Counted from the first letter of the stretch, positions 36,500 to 50,181 are shown. The stretch: 64,000 nucleotides of DNA from Eledone cirrhosa (GCA_964016885.1 OZ024758.1:27404001-27468000); one strand, 5' to 3'. Made by a program: numbers and translations. Notes: generated from the sequence alone by a model not told the origin.

Positions 36500-37590
36500 A
36501 GTAATCCACTGGGTAATTGCTGGCCTTGTGCCTAAAGTAGAAACAATTATTTTAATTATTTTATAGGGCGGTAGATTGGCAGTATCGGTAGAGGGTCGGA
36601 CACCATGCTTTCCAGCATAGTTACGTCCCTTTACAATCTGAGTTCAAATCCCGCCGAGGTTGACTTTACATTTCATCCTTACAGGGTCGATAAAATAAAG
36701 TACCAGTAATACACCGGGTAATTGCTGGCCTTGTGCCTAAAGTAGAAACAATTATTTTAATTATTTTATAGGGCGGTAGATTGGCAGTATCGGTAGAGGG
36801 TCGGACACCATGCTTTCCAGCATAGTTACGTCCCTTTACAATCTGAGTTCAAATCCCGCCGAGGTTGACTTTACATTTCATCCTTACAGGGTCGATAAAA
36901 TAAAGTACCAGTAATACACCGGGTAATTGCTGGCCTTGTGCCTAAAGTAGAAACAATTATTTTAATTATTTTATAGGGCGGTAGATTGGCAGTATCGGTA
37001 GAGGGTCGGACACCATGCTTTCCAGCATAGTTACGTCCCTTTACAATCTGAGTTCAAATCCCGCCGAGGTTGACTTTACATTTCATCCTTACAGGGTCGA
37101 TAAAATAAAGTACCAGTAATACACCGGGTAATTGCTGGCCTTGTGCCTAAAGTAGAAACAATTATTTTAATTATTTTATAGGGCGGTAGATTGGCAGTAT
37201 CGGTAGAGGGTCGGACACCATGCTTTCCAGCATAGTTACGTCCCTTTACAATCTGAGTTCAAATCCCGCCGAGGTTGACTTTACATTTCATCCTTACAGG
37301 GTCGATAAAATAAAGTACCAGTAATACACCGGGTAATTGCTGGCCTTGTGCCTAAAGTAGAAACAATTATTTTAATTATTTTATAGGGCGGTAGATTGGC
37401 AGTATCGGTAGAGGGTCGGACACCATGCTTTCCAGCATAGTTACGTCCCTTTACAATCTGAGTTCAAATCCCGCCGAGGTTGACTTTACATTTCATCCTT
37501 ACAGGGTCGATAAAATAAAGTACCAGTAATACACTGGGTATGTGCTGGCCTTGTGCCTAAAGTAGAAACAGTTATTTTAATTATTTTATA
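36500..37590 (+). repeat. 205-bp tandem array built from SINE family A (5 full units plus a partial)
   Basis: GGGCGGTAGATTGG starts at 36566, 36771, 36976, 37181 and 37386. Confidence 0.95.
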
Positions 37591-37875
37591 ATCTGTGATT
37601 CTACCTGGTAGTAGTTATTCCTACTTTACAAAGGAAACTCGTGAATCGTCCCTCGGATCGACACTACTTCACCTCGGAAGTCAAATATCGCATTGAATGC
37701 TGAATGTCGTTTATACTGGGGTTAATTGTCATCCAAGAAAACGATGATGTGACCCCGGGCATTCAAGTCATGTATATTGTAACCGAAACTTTTGCGACAA
37801 AATATTTCCACTGCAGGTATTTCAACGGTGTATCAGTATTTGACAAGTCGTAGATATCTGATTTTCAACACTAAG

Positions 37876-38397
37876 AAATAATTGTTTCTACTTTTAGCAC
37901 AAGGGGCCAGCAATTACCCAGTGTTATACTGGTACTTTATTTTATCGACCCTGTAAGGATGAAAGGCAAAGTTAACCTCGGCGGGATTTGAACTCAGACC
38001 CTAAAGGGCCGTAACTCTTTGCTGCAAAGCATGGCGTCCGACCCTCTACCGATACTGCCAATCCACCGCTAAGAAATAATTGTTTCTACTTTTGGCACAA
38101 GGCCAGCAATTACCCAGTACATTACTGGTACTTTATTTTATCGACCCCGTAAGGATGAAAGGCAAAGTTAAAAGAAATAATTGTTTATATTTTTGGCATA
38201 AGGCCAGCAATTATCCCAGTACATTACTGGTACTTTATTTTATCGACCCCGTAAGGATGAAAGGCAAAGTTAAAAGAAATAATTGTTTATATTTTTGGCA
38301 CAAGGCCAGCAATTATCCCAGTACATTACTGGTACTTTATTTTATCGACCTCGTAAGGATGAAAGGCAAAGTTAACCTCGGCGGGATTTGAACTCAT
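37876..38397 (-). mobile_element. SINE A cluster: one full copy and three tandem truncated copies
   Basis: AAGAAATAATTGTTT junction repeated four times. Confidence 0.85.
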
Positions 38398-38760
38398 ACC
38401 ACAATCATCGAAAACGAACTTAAAAACAAAATATATTATTTTTCTTTTGTATTTTCTGATGTTTATGCCTCACATATTCTTTATCGTAGAAGGTGTGGAT
38501 TGTAAAACAATATAGAACGCTTATTTAATCTAATTCTTTTTAAAAATATGTTTATTATTATATAACTATATTGCTGGCCTTGTGCCTAAAGTAGAAACAA
38601 TTATTATATAACTATATTCAATCCATCGTATAAATGTTTATTTTTTAATAAATATTAATAGGAATACTTTAATATTTTATCTAGAAGATTTTTTGCAGAT
38701 AGCTTTTTGAGCGTTTTTGTCTCTTAACGTCGTTCTTTATTGTTTATATATATATATATA

Positions 38761-39777
38761 CTAGCAGCAGGACCCGGTGTTGCACGGGGTAGGAAACGTG
38801 CGTGTTGCTACTTTACGTTTCCTATCTTTGCATATGCAAAGATAGGAAACGTAAAGTAGCAACACGCATATGCAAAGATTGAGGAATGTAGCTGTGTACT
38901 TTTTGAATTCCCTTATTCTCAGGGAAGGATTGAGGAGCGACGTAGTTAATTGTGTGAAAACCAAGTAGGGATATTGAGATGACGAAATCAGCGTTGCAAC
39001 GCAGCTGCAGCAGAAAGGGGTCATAGTGCAATTAACACAAACGCTGGGCGGCACTGGTTGCACCGCGTTTACACAGAAACAAAGATGCGACAAAAGGGGT
39101 CACCGCGGAATTAGCACAACCGTTCATACTGCGGTAGGTGTAACAAAAGGGGTTTTAGTAGAAGTAGCACAGACGTGAGTTTTACGGTGTCAATAACACG
39201 GAAACTTACACAGGGCCCGGATTTGCGCGTGATGAAAGCACGAAGCGTCAACAGGGCGCCGGCTAAAATTTTTAGGTCTTCCTCATTTCCTGAATCCCCT
39301 GAAAATGGTCCTGCTTAAAAGTAAGTGTTGTGTCCTCTGTTAAATAAACCCAATTTTTAACGAAATATTATACGCTACTTACGATGTTTAAATAGCGTTT
39401 ATATTGAAAATGAAAATGGCATGTAATGCCCAATGCTAATTCGTAAATTTCCTAGAAACCATTAATGGTATCGGAAATGTTTTTCCATAGCAATGCGAGG
39501 GGACTAACTAATGTGTGCTGCAAATTTCGAGGAAATCGGCTGGATTATCTTAAAGTAACGCCTCAAAAAAGCCTAAAAATGCCTTTAAAATTCGGTTTTT
39601 CGCCCAATGCCGGCCCTAGGGCAGAAAAAGTTAAATTTTTAGCCCATTGCACCTCAAGAAATATAAGTAACGCATCTGTAAAGTTTTTAAAAAATCGGCC
39701 GGGTACTTCTCGATTTTTAGGGATTTACACCAACAGACACACATACAGACAGACATCCTCTGTTTTATATATATAGA
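38761..39777 (-). mobile_element. Non-autonomous Helitron
   Basis: Minus strand starts TCTATATATATAAAAC and ends with hairpin CCCGTGCAACACCGGG followed by CTAG. Confidence 0.75.
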
Positions 39778-39813
39778 CTAGCAGAAAACCACACGTGGGC
39801 GGTTTTCTGCTAG

Positions 39814-40100
39814 TCTATATATCTAAAACAGAGAATGTCTGTCGGTCTGTCAGCTCACTAAAACTTGAGAAGCATCCAACCGATTGTTTTCAAACTTTAG
39901 ACATGTAATACTTATGGTCCTGTGAATGTTTTGAGAAAAAATTATTTCAAATTTTCAATGCCCTAGGGACCGCATTAGGCAATTTAGCGTTCTCTCTATA
40001 TAATTCTTAGTCTTTCTTTTTAGATAGATACATAGATATAACGTTGCGCCCTTATAATATCTGTCTGTATGTCTGGCTGTCTGCATTACGTCATTATGAC
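39814..40100 (+). mobile_element. Helitron 5' portion
   Basis: Starts TCTATATATCTAAAACAGAG; homologous to 41444-41736. Confidence 0.65.
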
Positions 40101-40570
40101 GCGCTCAGCGCGATTCCCTCGGCCTCAGTGACCAAAGTCAGTCGAGAGGGGAAGGTAATGTTTCTGTAGCACGTGTTTTAGCGTCTATTCACACTCTCTC
40201 TCTCGCTCCCGCTATCCCCCTCTCGTCTGTCTCTTTCTTTCACTCTCTCTCTCTCTCTACGCACGTGTTTCCACTGCCGGACAGACAGACAGACAGAGAA
40301 ATTGCTGGTTATATATATAAGTAGATATTTGTTCCAACACACGATTTCATATCAAAAACCTTCCGAAACAAATTCATCGCCGCCACGGTACTAGCTTATG
40401 CCAAGCTGAAAGACACTGTTTTCTGTTATATAAAAATTACAGTAACAACAGAACAAATTCGCTTCTTAAAACACTGTTTTCTTCAAAGCGAATACCAATC
40501 CAAACCAGACAGTGAGTGTGTTTTATTATTATTTCTGGCAATATTATAACAATATGACCCTCCCCAAATA

Positions 40571-40982
<412 letters not shown>

Positions 40983-40987
40983 CAGTA

Positions 40988-41106
40988 GAAGGCGTGTGGC
41001 TGAGTAGTTAGAGAATTGGATTCGCAATCGTAAGGTTGTGAGTTCGATTCCTGGACCAGGCGATGCGTTATGTCCTTGAGCAAGACACTTTATTTCACGT
41101 TGCTCC
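40988..41106 (+). mobile_element. tRNA-derived SINE family B, 5' part
   Basis: A box TGGCTGAGTAG, B box GAGTTCGATTCC, then TGTCCTTGAGCAAGACACTT. Confidence 0.75.
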
Positions 41107-41443
41107 TTCTACCTGGAGTTGCGACCGATAGATAGTATTAGCAATTGGAAAGACCAACGGAAACATTGTTCCCTCGGTCCGATTTGACGAAAGTCGATCG
41201 TCTTTCTATATAAACAGTAAAGAACGACGTTAAGTGACAAAAACGCCCAGAAAGCTATCTGCAAAAATCTTCTAAATGAAATATTAAAATATTCCTATTA
41301 ATATTTATTAAAAAATAAACATTTATACGAGGGAAGGGGTTAACAGAACAGGGATGTGTGGATCACACCAAAGTCTGTCGGTTGTGAAGCAGATAAAAAG
41401 AAGCGCTCAACGACCTCTATAAATGGTACAAGACGGACCATTA

Positions 41444-41615
41444 TCTATATATCTATAACAGAGAATATCTGACTGTCTGACTCCCTAAAACTCGAGAACC
41501 ACCCAACCGATTGTTTTCAAACTTTACACATGTAATATTTATGGTCCTGTGATTGTTTTGAGCAAAAATGATTTCAAATTTTCAATGCCCTAGGGACCGC
41601 ATTAGGCGAAAAAGC

Positions 41616-41655
<40 letters not shown>

Positions 41656-41760
41656 AGATAGATACATAGATATAACGTTGCGCCCTTATAATATATGTCT
41701 GTATGTCTGGCTGTCTGCATTACGACATTATGACGCTATGTGTGTATGTATATATATATA

Positions 41761-41800
<40 letters not shown>

Positions 41801-42205
41801 TGTGTAACGTTTGTCGAAATATTTACTTCTGCGTTCACAGATTGAATTTTTTTAGTTTCAGAAGATCCCGTTAAGGGTGAAAGCAGCGATTCTTTGCTTA
41901 AACTTTAATCTGTTATTTATATATATATATATATAGAGAGATATAATCATATATTCGTGTACACATATTGTTGCATACACAATAACAAAATATAAACAAA
42001 AGTATTTCTTTCGCGATAAAGTATTGATTTTCTTCGCACGGAAAAAAACCCTGGTAATCTACGACGAATTTTTTTATAAGCACAAAATGTAGGCACCATC
42101 CCAAGGCCGAGGTATTCCGTACTTCTCTGTACTTTTTCAGAATTGGAGTGATAAACATGCCAATCTATGTTTAGAATCCCGAGCAACGCCGAGCAATTCT
42201 GCTAG
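41444..42205 (+). mobile_element. Non-autonomous Helitron
   Basis: 5' TC; 3' CCCGAGCAACGCCGAG...CTAG; inserted between A and T. Confidence 0.7.
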
Positions 42206-42584
42206 TATATTAATAAAAGATCGGAGGCCATATTCGGCTGATTTAGGTTTATTCAAAACCCCGTTATTTCACTGAGGACTATCAATTATGATAGCCTGAG
42301 CTCTTCAGACGGCAAAACCTAAATTTATTTTGAATCGGACATTTGGATGTAATCCATGAGCTTGATCAAACGGGGGACTAGCGAGGAGTACGGCTATCAT
42401 GCCTCCAACAATTTAGAACCAGTTAAACTATAACTATACAACATCTACGCTATACACTCTGATCTGTGGCCTTTTAATTCTCTTCACTATAAAATGTGTT
42501 TCATTATAATTATAATCATCTCTTCCCTACATATATATCCCCTTTGATATAACCTTTCCCCTTGTTCTTAATTAATTAATTAAT

Positions 42585-42619
<35 letters not shown>

Positions 42620-43399
42620 TTGTGTATTAATCGATTTCGTATATAGTTAATTTTGGTATCGGTTATAATATTCAAAGTTGTTGCAGACCTGTGGAAAATA
42701 TGGGGCTGGGTGGGGTTGGTTGTCACTACTATTATAGCAGCCATTGAGACTACTACTACAACAGATAATGATAGGGGGGAGAGGGTGAAGGCCTACCAAC
42801 CATTTTCATTACTTTTTAAGAGCCAGGTTATAAACTTCAATACAATATAATACTTATATATACTAGTAGAAAAACCACCCTGTGGGTGGTTTTCTGCTAG
42901 CATGTGTAATGTGCATATTTATATTATATGCAAATACACATGCATGTAGATATATGTCAAATGAAATCGTAATTGACAATATGCACAGAAATTGAAGAGA
43001 GACTGGGTTATGCTCTCTTCTGTAATCAGTAAAGTAATCCTTGATATATTTTAAAAAGACGATATTATATATAAACTGCATTATGGTGAAATGTAATGAA
43101 ACCTTATATAACGATGCAAATACATGGATGTTTACATAAGCGATGTAATAAGTGTTACAATATAACAGACGCTAACCGGAAGTGTAGACATTTGAAAATT
43201 TTAAAAGAAGTGGATCTTAAAATAAGCAATCATTATATTTTATAATATTTACGTTTAATCAACAACTACATTTAGTAGATAAATTATGTAACATTCATTC
43301 ATTATTTATTCAAAGTAATCTAACTTATTTTACTAACGGGATAAAAAATATATATTCGGGACGCAGTCCCGCACTCCTCGCTTTGTTATAATATGATAT

Positions 43400-43825
43400 A
43401 AACCACTACCTCCCTACAGACAACTGGCACTGCACACCAGGTCTGAACACAGAAGAGCCGAAATCCCACTGTCATCGCTTCCATTTCTCTCGCCCTCCCC
43501 ATCCCTCTGTATTATGAGCAAATGGGGTCCCACGTGCTAACCGCCCCACAGCCCCGGCGGACAGAATGGAGAAAGCGTTTTCCCCGAAGAATGGTATGGG
43601 AGATGCGCTCGAAGAGCCATTCCATCTCACCAAGGCTCACACCTGTGGCTAGCCATGGTGGAGAGTGGGGAGGTAGCCTAACACCAGAAGTCTCCACTGC
43701 TAGGGGTTCGACCGCAAACCTGTCGGAGAGCGACCGATACTTGCAGCACTTCCACCAAAACCCTTGGAGACATACAGGGGCCGGCCGTCGAGGAAACAAC
43801 ACCACGCACTCCGCCAGCCCCTTGT
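43400..43825 (-). pseudogene. CRE-like RLE non-LTR retrotransposon 3' fragment
   Basis: KCCKYRSLSDRFAVEPLAVETSG...WLFERISHTILRG motifs. Confidence 0.65.
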
Positions 43826-43918
43826 ATCATGAAAAGAATCTTTTTCTCGGGGAAAATTATTAGATTTTTCCAAATTTAAAGGTTTCTTATGAACTTTTTA
43901 TGTTTATTTTAGGTTTTG

Positions 43919-43976
43919 CCGTCTGAAAAGCTCAGGCTACCATAATTGATAGTCATCAGTGAAATACATATAACGG
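43919..43976 (+). ncRNA. Degenerate hammerhead motif (inverted partner at ~42262-42312)
   Basis: CCGT-CTGAAAA(CTGAAGA in the partner)-G..GGCTACCA/TGATAGTC..T-GAAA-TACATA-TA-ACGG. Confidence 0.5.
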
Positions 43977-44140
43977 AGATTTAGATAAACCTGAATCAAC
44001 TGAATATGGCCTCCGATCTTTTATTGCTAAGGTAAGATTCTTTTCGCATCTTGTCCATCTAACGTTCTTTCTAACGCATTCATTTGGTTTTCAAAGTTAT
44101 TTAATTTGTTTCCTATTCAACAATGCAAGCTACAACACTC

Positions 44141-44200
<60 letters not shown>

Positions 44201-44443
44201 AAGTTCTTTCGTTGCACATCTGCAACATCATCAGTGGTACTATTATTATGTTCCCTCCTATTGTATTGTATTGAAATGTCGACGCCATTTGTATTTTATT
44301 TATTTATTTCTTCTTGTCTCCGTCTCTGCGCATGCGTTTGCATGTGTGTATAATGTTTGGTGTGTGTGTTCGCGTTTGAGTTTTGGTTTTTGTATTCTAT
44401 TTTTGTTTACAATACAATACAATAGGAGGGAACATAATAATAG

Positions 44444-44489
44444 TACCACTGATGATGTTGCAGATGTGCGACGAAAGAACTTTGATAGA
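44444..44489 (+). ncRNA. Hammerhead motif (mirror copy at ~44197-44243 on the minus strand)
   Basis: TACCA-CTGATGA-T-GTTGCA-GATG-TGCGAC-GAAA-GAAC-TT-TGATA. Confidence 0.6.
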
Positions 44490-44671
44490 CTATATATATT
44501 TATATCTGTATTTTTAACCGTTGGTTAATCAATGATAAACGTTGATTGCCAAATAAATTAACTATGGAGATATAAAAGATACAGAAGCGAAAACCAACCA
44601 AACAGTGAGTGTGTTCTGTTATTATATCTGGCAATAGTATTACAACAATATGACCCTCCCCAAGTATAACA

Positions 44672-44738
<67 letters not shown>

Positions 44739-45231
44739 GGGTTCAATCGGGGGTAACCACAGTAAGTAAAGTACTCAATACATACCAGAGTATAAATATT
44801 TAATATAGAAATGGCTTCTACGGGGCTAGAACTGTGTCATTCGAAGGAAACAGTTCTAGTCCTGTAGAAGCCATTTCTAAATTGAATATATATATATACA
44901 TATATATATATTTGTGGTAAGGTTGCTTGGATGCTTCCATAGGCGGTATGCTGGTTGAGAACTCTATGCCCCTTCGGAGCAGAGTATAATAATAATATGG
45001 AAAACGAAGAATCAGTGATGCATCGAACACACAATTTATGAACGTATTACAATTGTTTCTCCGGCGAACAGCGTCGGAGGATTTGCTTCGAAGTCGTTAG
45101 ACGTATCTGAGGAACTTGCGAATCCAGAGTCAGGTTCGATCCACAAATAGATCGCACCTCGAGCTGTTCGGCGGAGAAACACTTGTAATACGTTAATAAA
45201 TTGTTTCGATGCCTCACTGATTCTTCGTTTT

Positions 45232-45290
<59 letters not shown>

Positions 45291-45292
<2 letters not shown>

Positions 45293-45578
45293 AAAGTTCT
45301 ATTTAAATTGTTGGGATACAACAAGCAAATATTTATATAACTGATATAAAGCACTCAACAAGTATTTCGAGTAAATATACGATATTAACAAATGGAAACT
45401 ATATTTATAAAACCATATTTATTTCATTATACATATTTCAAGGACACCAAGTTAAATTATGGTGTGCTTTCATCAGACAAAATATAATATAGATCAGTTT
45501 TATAATAAATATTGACATACCCTTAAAAAATGCAACCATTACTGTTGGAAGCTCCCAGAGCTTCCAACAGTAATGGTT
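45291..45578 (-). mobile_element. P1 pLTR fragment with HHR (~45421-45485) and terminal fold-back
   Basis: Homologous to 6712-6981; ends in hairpin AACCATTACTGTTGGAAGCT..AGCTTCCAACAGTAATGGTT. Confidence 0.7.
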
Positions 45579-45592
45579 ATATAAATATTTAG

Positions 45593-45663
<71 letters not shown>

Positions 45664-45688
45664 TATATATATATATGTACATAGCTGC

Positions 45689-45730
<42 letters not shown>

Positions 45731-46024
45731 ATATATGTACATAGCTGCATATATATAATATATATATATATTTAGCTACATATATATATATATATATAAA
45801 TATAAATTTAGCGAGAATCGCATTTCGGCGGGTAGAAATTGGCGAAACCCAACTTCTGTATTGTGTAGACAAGCGCTCCATGGATATGAAGATACCAGAG
45901 CTATAAACATAAGTTTAAATGGTCATACAAACTGAGACAATGGTTAAGAAGCCATTAACCACCTTAGCCAAAAAAGCGAACAAGCTAAACGGGTCAAACA
46001 AAATAAGATATATATATATATATA

Positions 46025-47024
46025 CTAGCAGTAAAGCCCGGCGTTGCTCGGGGTCGCTCAGTAGCTGTGTTAAAGTTACAATGTTAAGTTTCTTTCTTGG
46101 CTTAAAAACTGTAGTGTCTACTGTGCAGACTTGCATGTGGTGTTTTTGATTAATATTCCCTCAACCAACAATATGCCTTATGAAGTTAAGAAAACATAAC
46201 GATAACCCGAATGTTATAACAAAAGAGGATGTTGGGGATAAAAACTGCACTGGTTATTTATTAACAAAGATCGAAAATGTAAACACTGCAACGCAGAGAA
46301 AAACATTAGCGTAACCAAATTATCAGTTATGTCTGTCTGCACGCCTATATCACCTCTCTGCACGACTGTCTGTCTGCACGCCTATATCACCTCTCTGCAC
46401 GACTGTCTGTCTGCACGCGTATATCACCTCTCTGCACGACTGTCTGTCTGCACGACTGTCTGTCTGCACGCCTATATCACCTCTCTGCACGACTGTCTGT
46501 CTGCACGCGTATATCACCTCTCTGCACGACTGTCTGTCTGCACGACTGTCTGTCTGCACGCCTAACGACGAAATATTTGCTTGTTTTACGTAGTCTTTAA
46601 ATAGACTTGTTTTCAAGTAAAAATATTGTTTTAAAATGCTTTTAAATGGAAATGAAGCAAAACGGAAGCTTAGTGTTCGAACTGATGAATTTTGCAGGTC
46701 AATATTTTGCTGGCTCGACAACTGTTCGTGTATTGTGTTAATGTCATTTTAAACGCTGAGAAAGCCAGCGTAATTTTTTACGTAAGACGCTCAATGTAAA
46801 CAGAACAAAGGGAAATAACTGATAACTTACGCTCAAAAATCGATACATTATATTCGATTTCGTCACATAGGGTGGGTCAATTTGAAATTTTTTTTTCCGA
46901 TGTCTTCGCTAGGGCTCAATGTACAAGTATAGCAATTTCGGTGCAATTCCGTCAGAGATTCTAAGAGGAGATGTGTGCCAAAAATCGATAGACAGACAGA
47001 CAACCACAGTTTTATATATATAGA
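46025..47024 (-). mobile_element. Non-autonomous Helitron with internal 37-bp minisatellite
   Basis: 5' TC, 3' hairpin and CTAG on the minus strand; tandem GTCTGTCTGCACGCCTATATCACCTCTCTGCACGACT at 46331-46563. Confidence 0.8.
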
Positions 47025-47171
47025 TTAAAGTGTTAAACGATATTCAATGATTATGTCAAAGAATGAGTTTTACAGTAGATTGGAAGCACTCTACGATAAA
47101 ATAATTTTCTGGAGTTATTAATATTAAAATATAAATATTAATAAAATAGATGTTCTTTTGATCAATGACAT

Positions 47172-47385
47172 TTTATTATACATATTTCGGATGTACAACA
47201 GTACGTCCTCATCAGACAAAATATAATGATACATGACATACCCTGAGATGTTAAATGGTTAAGATTTAATCAAGGTAGTGATTAAATCTTGATTAAATCT
47301 TCAACCATTTAACATCTCAGGGTATGTCATGTATCATTATATTTTGTCTGACGAGGACGTACTGTTGTACATCCGAAATATATAT
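47172..47385. ncRNA. Palindrome carrying two outward-facing hammerhead motifs
   Basis: Left (-): TATTTTGT-CTGATGA-GGACGTAC/GTACATCC-GAAA-TATGTA-TA-ATAAAA; right (+): CTGACGA-GGACGTAC/GTACATCC-GAAA. Confidence 0.7.
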
Positions 47386-47690
47386 ATATATTTATTCATA
47401 TATATATGTACATAGCTGCATATATATAATATTTAGCTATATATATATATAGCTATATCATTTCTTCTCTTCCCTCTACTTCCTATCTTCTTTATCCTTA
47501 TCCCCCGCCCCACCTTCCTCTTTTAATCCTAGTATCATTCTCAGACACAGAATCAGTTGCGATACACGCATCTCAAAGAACATTTTCCCCAAAGTCAATA
47601 GCCATGAATCTTGTGTAGTTACTTCGTTTTGTTGATATGTAAAATGTAATCTATCTCCTTCATTAATTCCTGTAATCTGATATAGAATGA

Positions 47691-48652
47691 TCTATATATA
47701 TAAAACTGTGGTTGTCTGTCTGTCTATCGATTTTTGGCACACATCTCCTCTTAGAATCTCTCACGGAATTGCACCGAAATTGCTATACTTGTACATTGAG
47801 CCCTAGCGAAGACATCGGAAAAAAAAAATATTTCAAATTGACCCACCCTATGTGACGAAATCGAATATAATGTATCGATTTTTGAGCGTAAGTTATCAGT
47901 TATTTCCCTTTGTTCTGTTTACATTGAGCGTCTTACGTAAAAAATTACGCTGGCTTTCTCAGCGTTTAAAATGACATTAACACAATACACGAACAGTTGT
48001 CGAGCCAGCAAAATATTGACCTGCAAAATTCATCAGTTCGAACACTAAGCTTCCGTTTTGCTTCATTTCCATTTAAAAGCATTTTAAAACAATATTTTTA
48101 CTTGAAAACAAGTCTATTTAAAGACTACGTAAAACAAGCAAATATTTCGTCGTTAGGCGTGCAGACAGACAGTCGTGCAGACACAGTCGTGCAGACACAG
48201 TCGTGCAGAGAGGTGATATACGCGTGCAGACAGACAGTCGTGCAGAGAGGTGATATAGGCGTGCAGACAGAAAGTCGTGCAGAGAGGTGATATAGGCGTG
48301 CAGACAGACAGTCGTGCAGAGAGGTGATATAGGCGTGCAGACAGACATAACTGATAATTTGGTTACGCTAATGTTTTTCTCTGCGTTGCAGTGTTTACAT
48401 TTTCGATCTTTGTTAATAAATAAGCAGTGCAGTTTCTATCCCCAGCATCCTCTTTTGTTATAACATTCGGGTTATCGTTATGTTTTCTTAACTTCATAAG
48501 GCATATTGTTGGTTGAGGGAATATTAATCAAAAACACCACATGCAAGTCTGCACAGTAGACACTACAGTTTTTAAGCCAAGAAAGAAACTTAACATTGTA
48601 ACTTTAACACAGCTACTGAGCGACCCCGAGCAACGCCGGGCTTTACTGCTAG
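47691..48652 (+). mobile_element. Non-autonomous Helitron, near-identical inverted partner of 46025-47024
   Basis: A^TCTATA...CCCGAGCAACGCCGGG CTTTACTG CTAG^T. Confidence 0.8.
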
Positions 48653-48896
48653 TTATAAGATAAATATATCTTTATATGCAACCAAAACTTTAATCCACCT
48701 TAAAAAAGTTTCTTGAATGTCAGCAACATTTTAAAAATTCCAATTCTTATATAATTTAATATAAATATTGCTTTTGTTATTCATTTTTAATAACATCTTT
48801 GCTCAATATCCACAACTATTTATTTATCTGTCTAGCTATCTCTGTCTGCCTACCTATCTATCTATAAATAAATAATAAATAATTTAATAAAGAAAC

Positions 48897-48983
<87 letters not shown>

Positions 48984-48984
48984 A

Positions 48985-49615
48985 GAAACCGTCGCGCACG
49001 CATTCATACACTGCCCGGGCGTCACTGACCTGTGGGGCTATGTAGAACGACTATTGTCGCGGGTGGGACCAATCCAGTTGACCACCGAGTCCATTGTCAT
49101 GATCAAACCGCCACCCTCCTTCAAAAACGAAGGAGAGGCGGTTTTCCTTTGTGTGATAGCTATGGCGAAAGAGGTTGTATGGTGGACGAGGTTGAAAGGG
49201 CTGAGGTCAGACACCTTTCTCTCCGGCCAACAACTGATTCTTTTTTTCAAATACCACTTTGGAAGAAGAATCAGGATGGAGAGAGAGGTGCTGTACCCCA
49301 GCAATTTTTCTGAAAGGTGGGTGAAAGTGGCGAGAATGGCCCGAGTGAATGGGCCTTCTCTCTATATCAGCCTGTAGGTTGAGGAAAAGGAGGAGGAGAG
49401 GCAAAGGAGTACAAGCTCTTCATACTCCTGGAGATGAGGGTTGCACATTTTTTTTTCGGGGGTATGTGTTACCCATATAAACTGTCTCCCTCTATTGGGG
49501 AAAATCGACTAACTTTTAAATTCCATCTGTGATAACATTTTACACGTTTTTATTGTATGTAAACTTCCCCCTTTGTATTTGTCCCCTTCTTTTGTGCCCC
49601 TGTGGCTAATAAAGA
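48985..49615 (+). pseudogene. 5'-truncated Tx1/L1-clade LINE, copy 1
   Basis: In-frame ETVAHAFIHC (zf-RVT CCHC remnant) upstream of the 49054 ORF, then AKEVVWWTR...F.ERW; 3' UTR ends AATAAA and TATC. Confidence 0.75.
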
Positions 49616-49628
49616 AATATATCTATCT

Positions 49629-50130
49629 GGTGTTTCTGTGCGTAATAGCCATGGCGAAAGAGGTTGTATGGTGGACGCGTCTGAAAGGACTGAGGTCAGA
49701 CACCTTTCTCTCTGACCAACAACTGGTCCGTTTCTTCCGATATCATTTCGGAAGAAGGATCAAGATGGAGAGAGAGGTGCTGCACCCCGGCCGTTTTTAT
49801 GAAAGATGGGTGAAAGTGGCGAGAATGGCCCGTGTGAATGGGCCTTCACTCTACATCAGACTATAGGTGAGGAAGATGAAAGATCAAGGGAGCACCCCCT
49901 CTCTGTGCTCCTGAGGAGAAGGGTTGCACACTTTTTTTCGGGGGTGTGTGCAACCCCCTAAGGCGCCTCCTCCCTATTGAGGATTTTGTTATTAAATTTA
50001 TTTTTGTTATATTTTATTTTATTTTTATATCTTGTTATTGCCTCCTCCTTATTGAGGACGCCTTTTTATGTAAACTCCCACCATTGTACTTGTCCCACTT
50101 TTTGATACCCTGGTGGCGAATAAAAAGAAA
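49629..50130 (+). pseudogene. 5'-truncated Tx1-like LINE, copy 2 (different subfamily)
   Basis: Same peptide, diverged 3' UTR; followed by (TATC)n. Confidence 0.75.
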
Positions 50131-50135
50131 GTTAT

Positions 50136-50181
<46 letters not shown>

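Noticed and set aside
40988-41070. tRNA gene
   Set aside because: A/B boxes are present, but the sequence continues into a SINE body with no clean cloverleaf; the same applies at 53058.
46350-48290. Duplicated MSSQQNIDLQ ORFs as a gene pair
   Set aside because: They lie within the inverted non-autonomous Helitrons, run into the minisatellite and show no recognisable domain.
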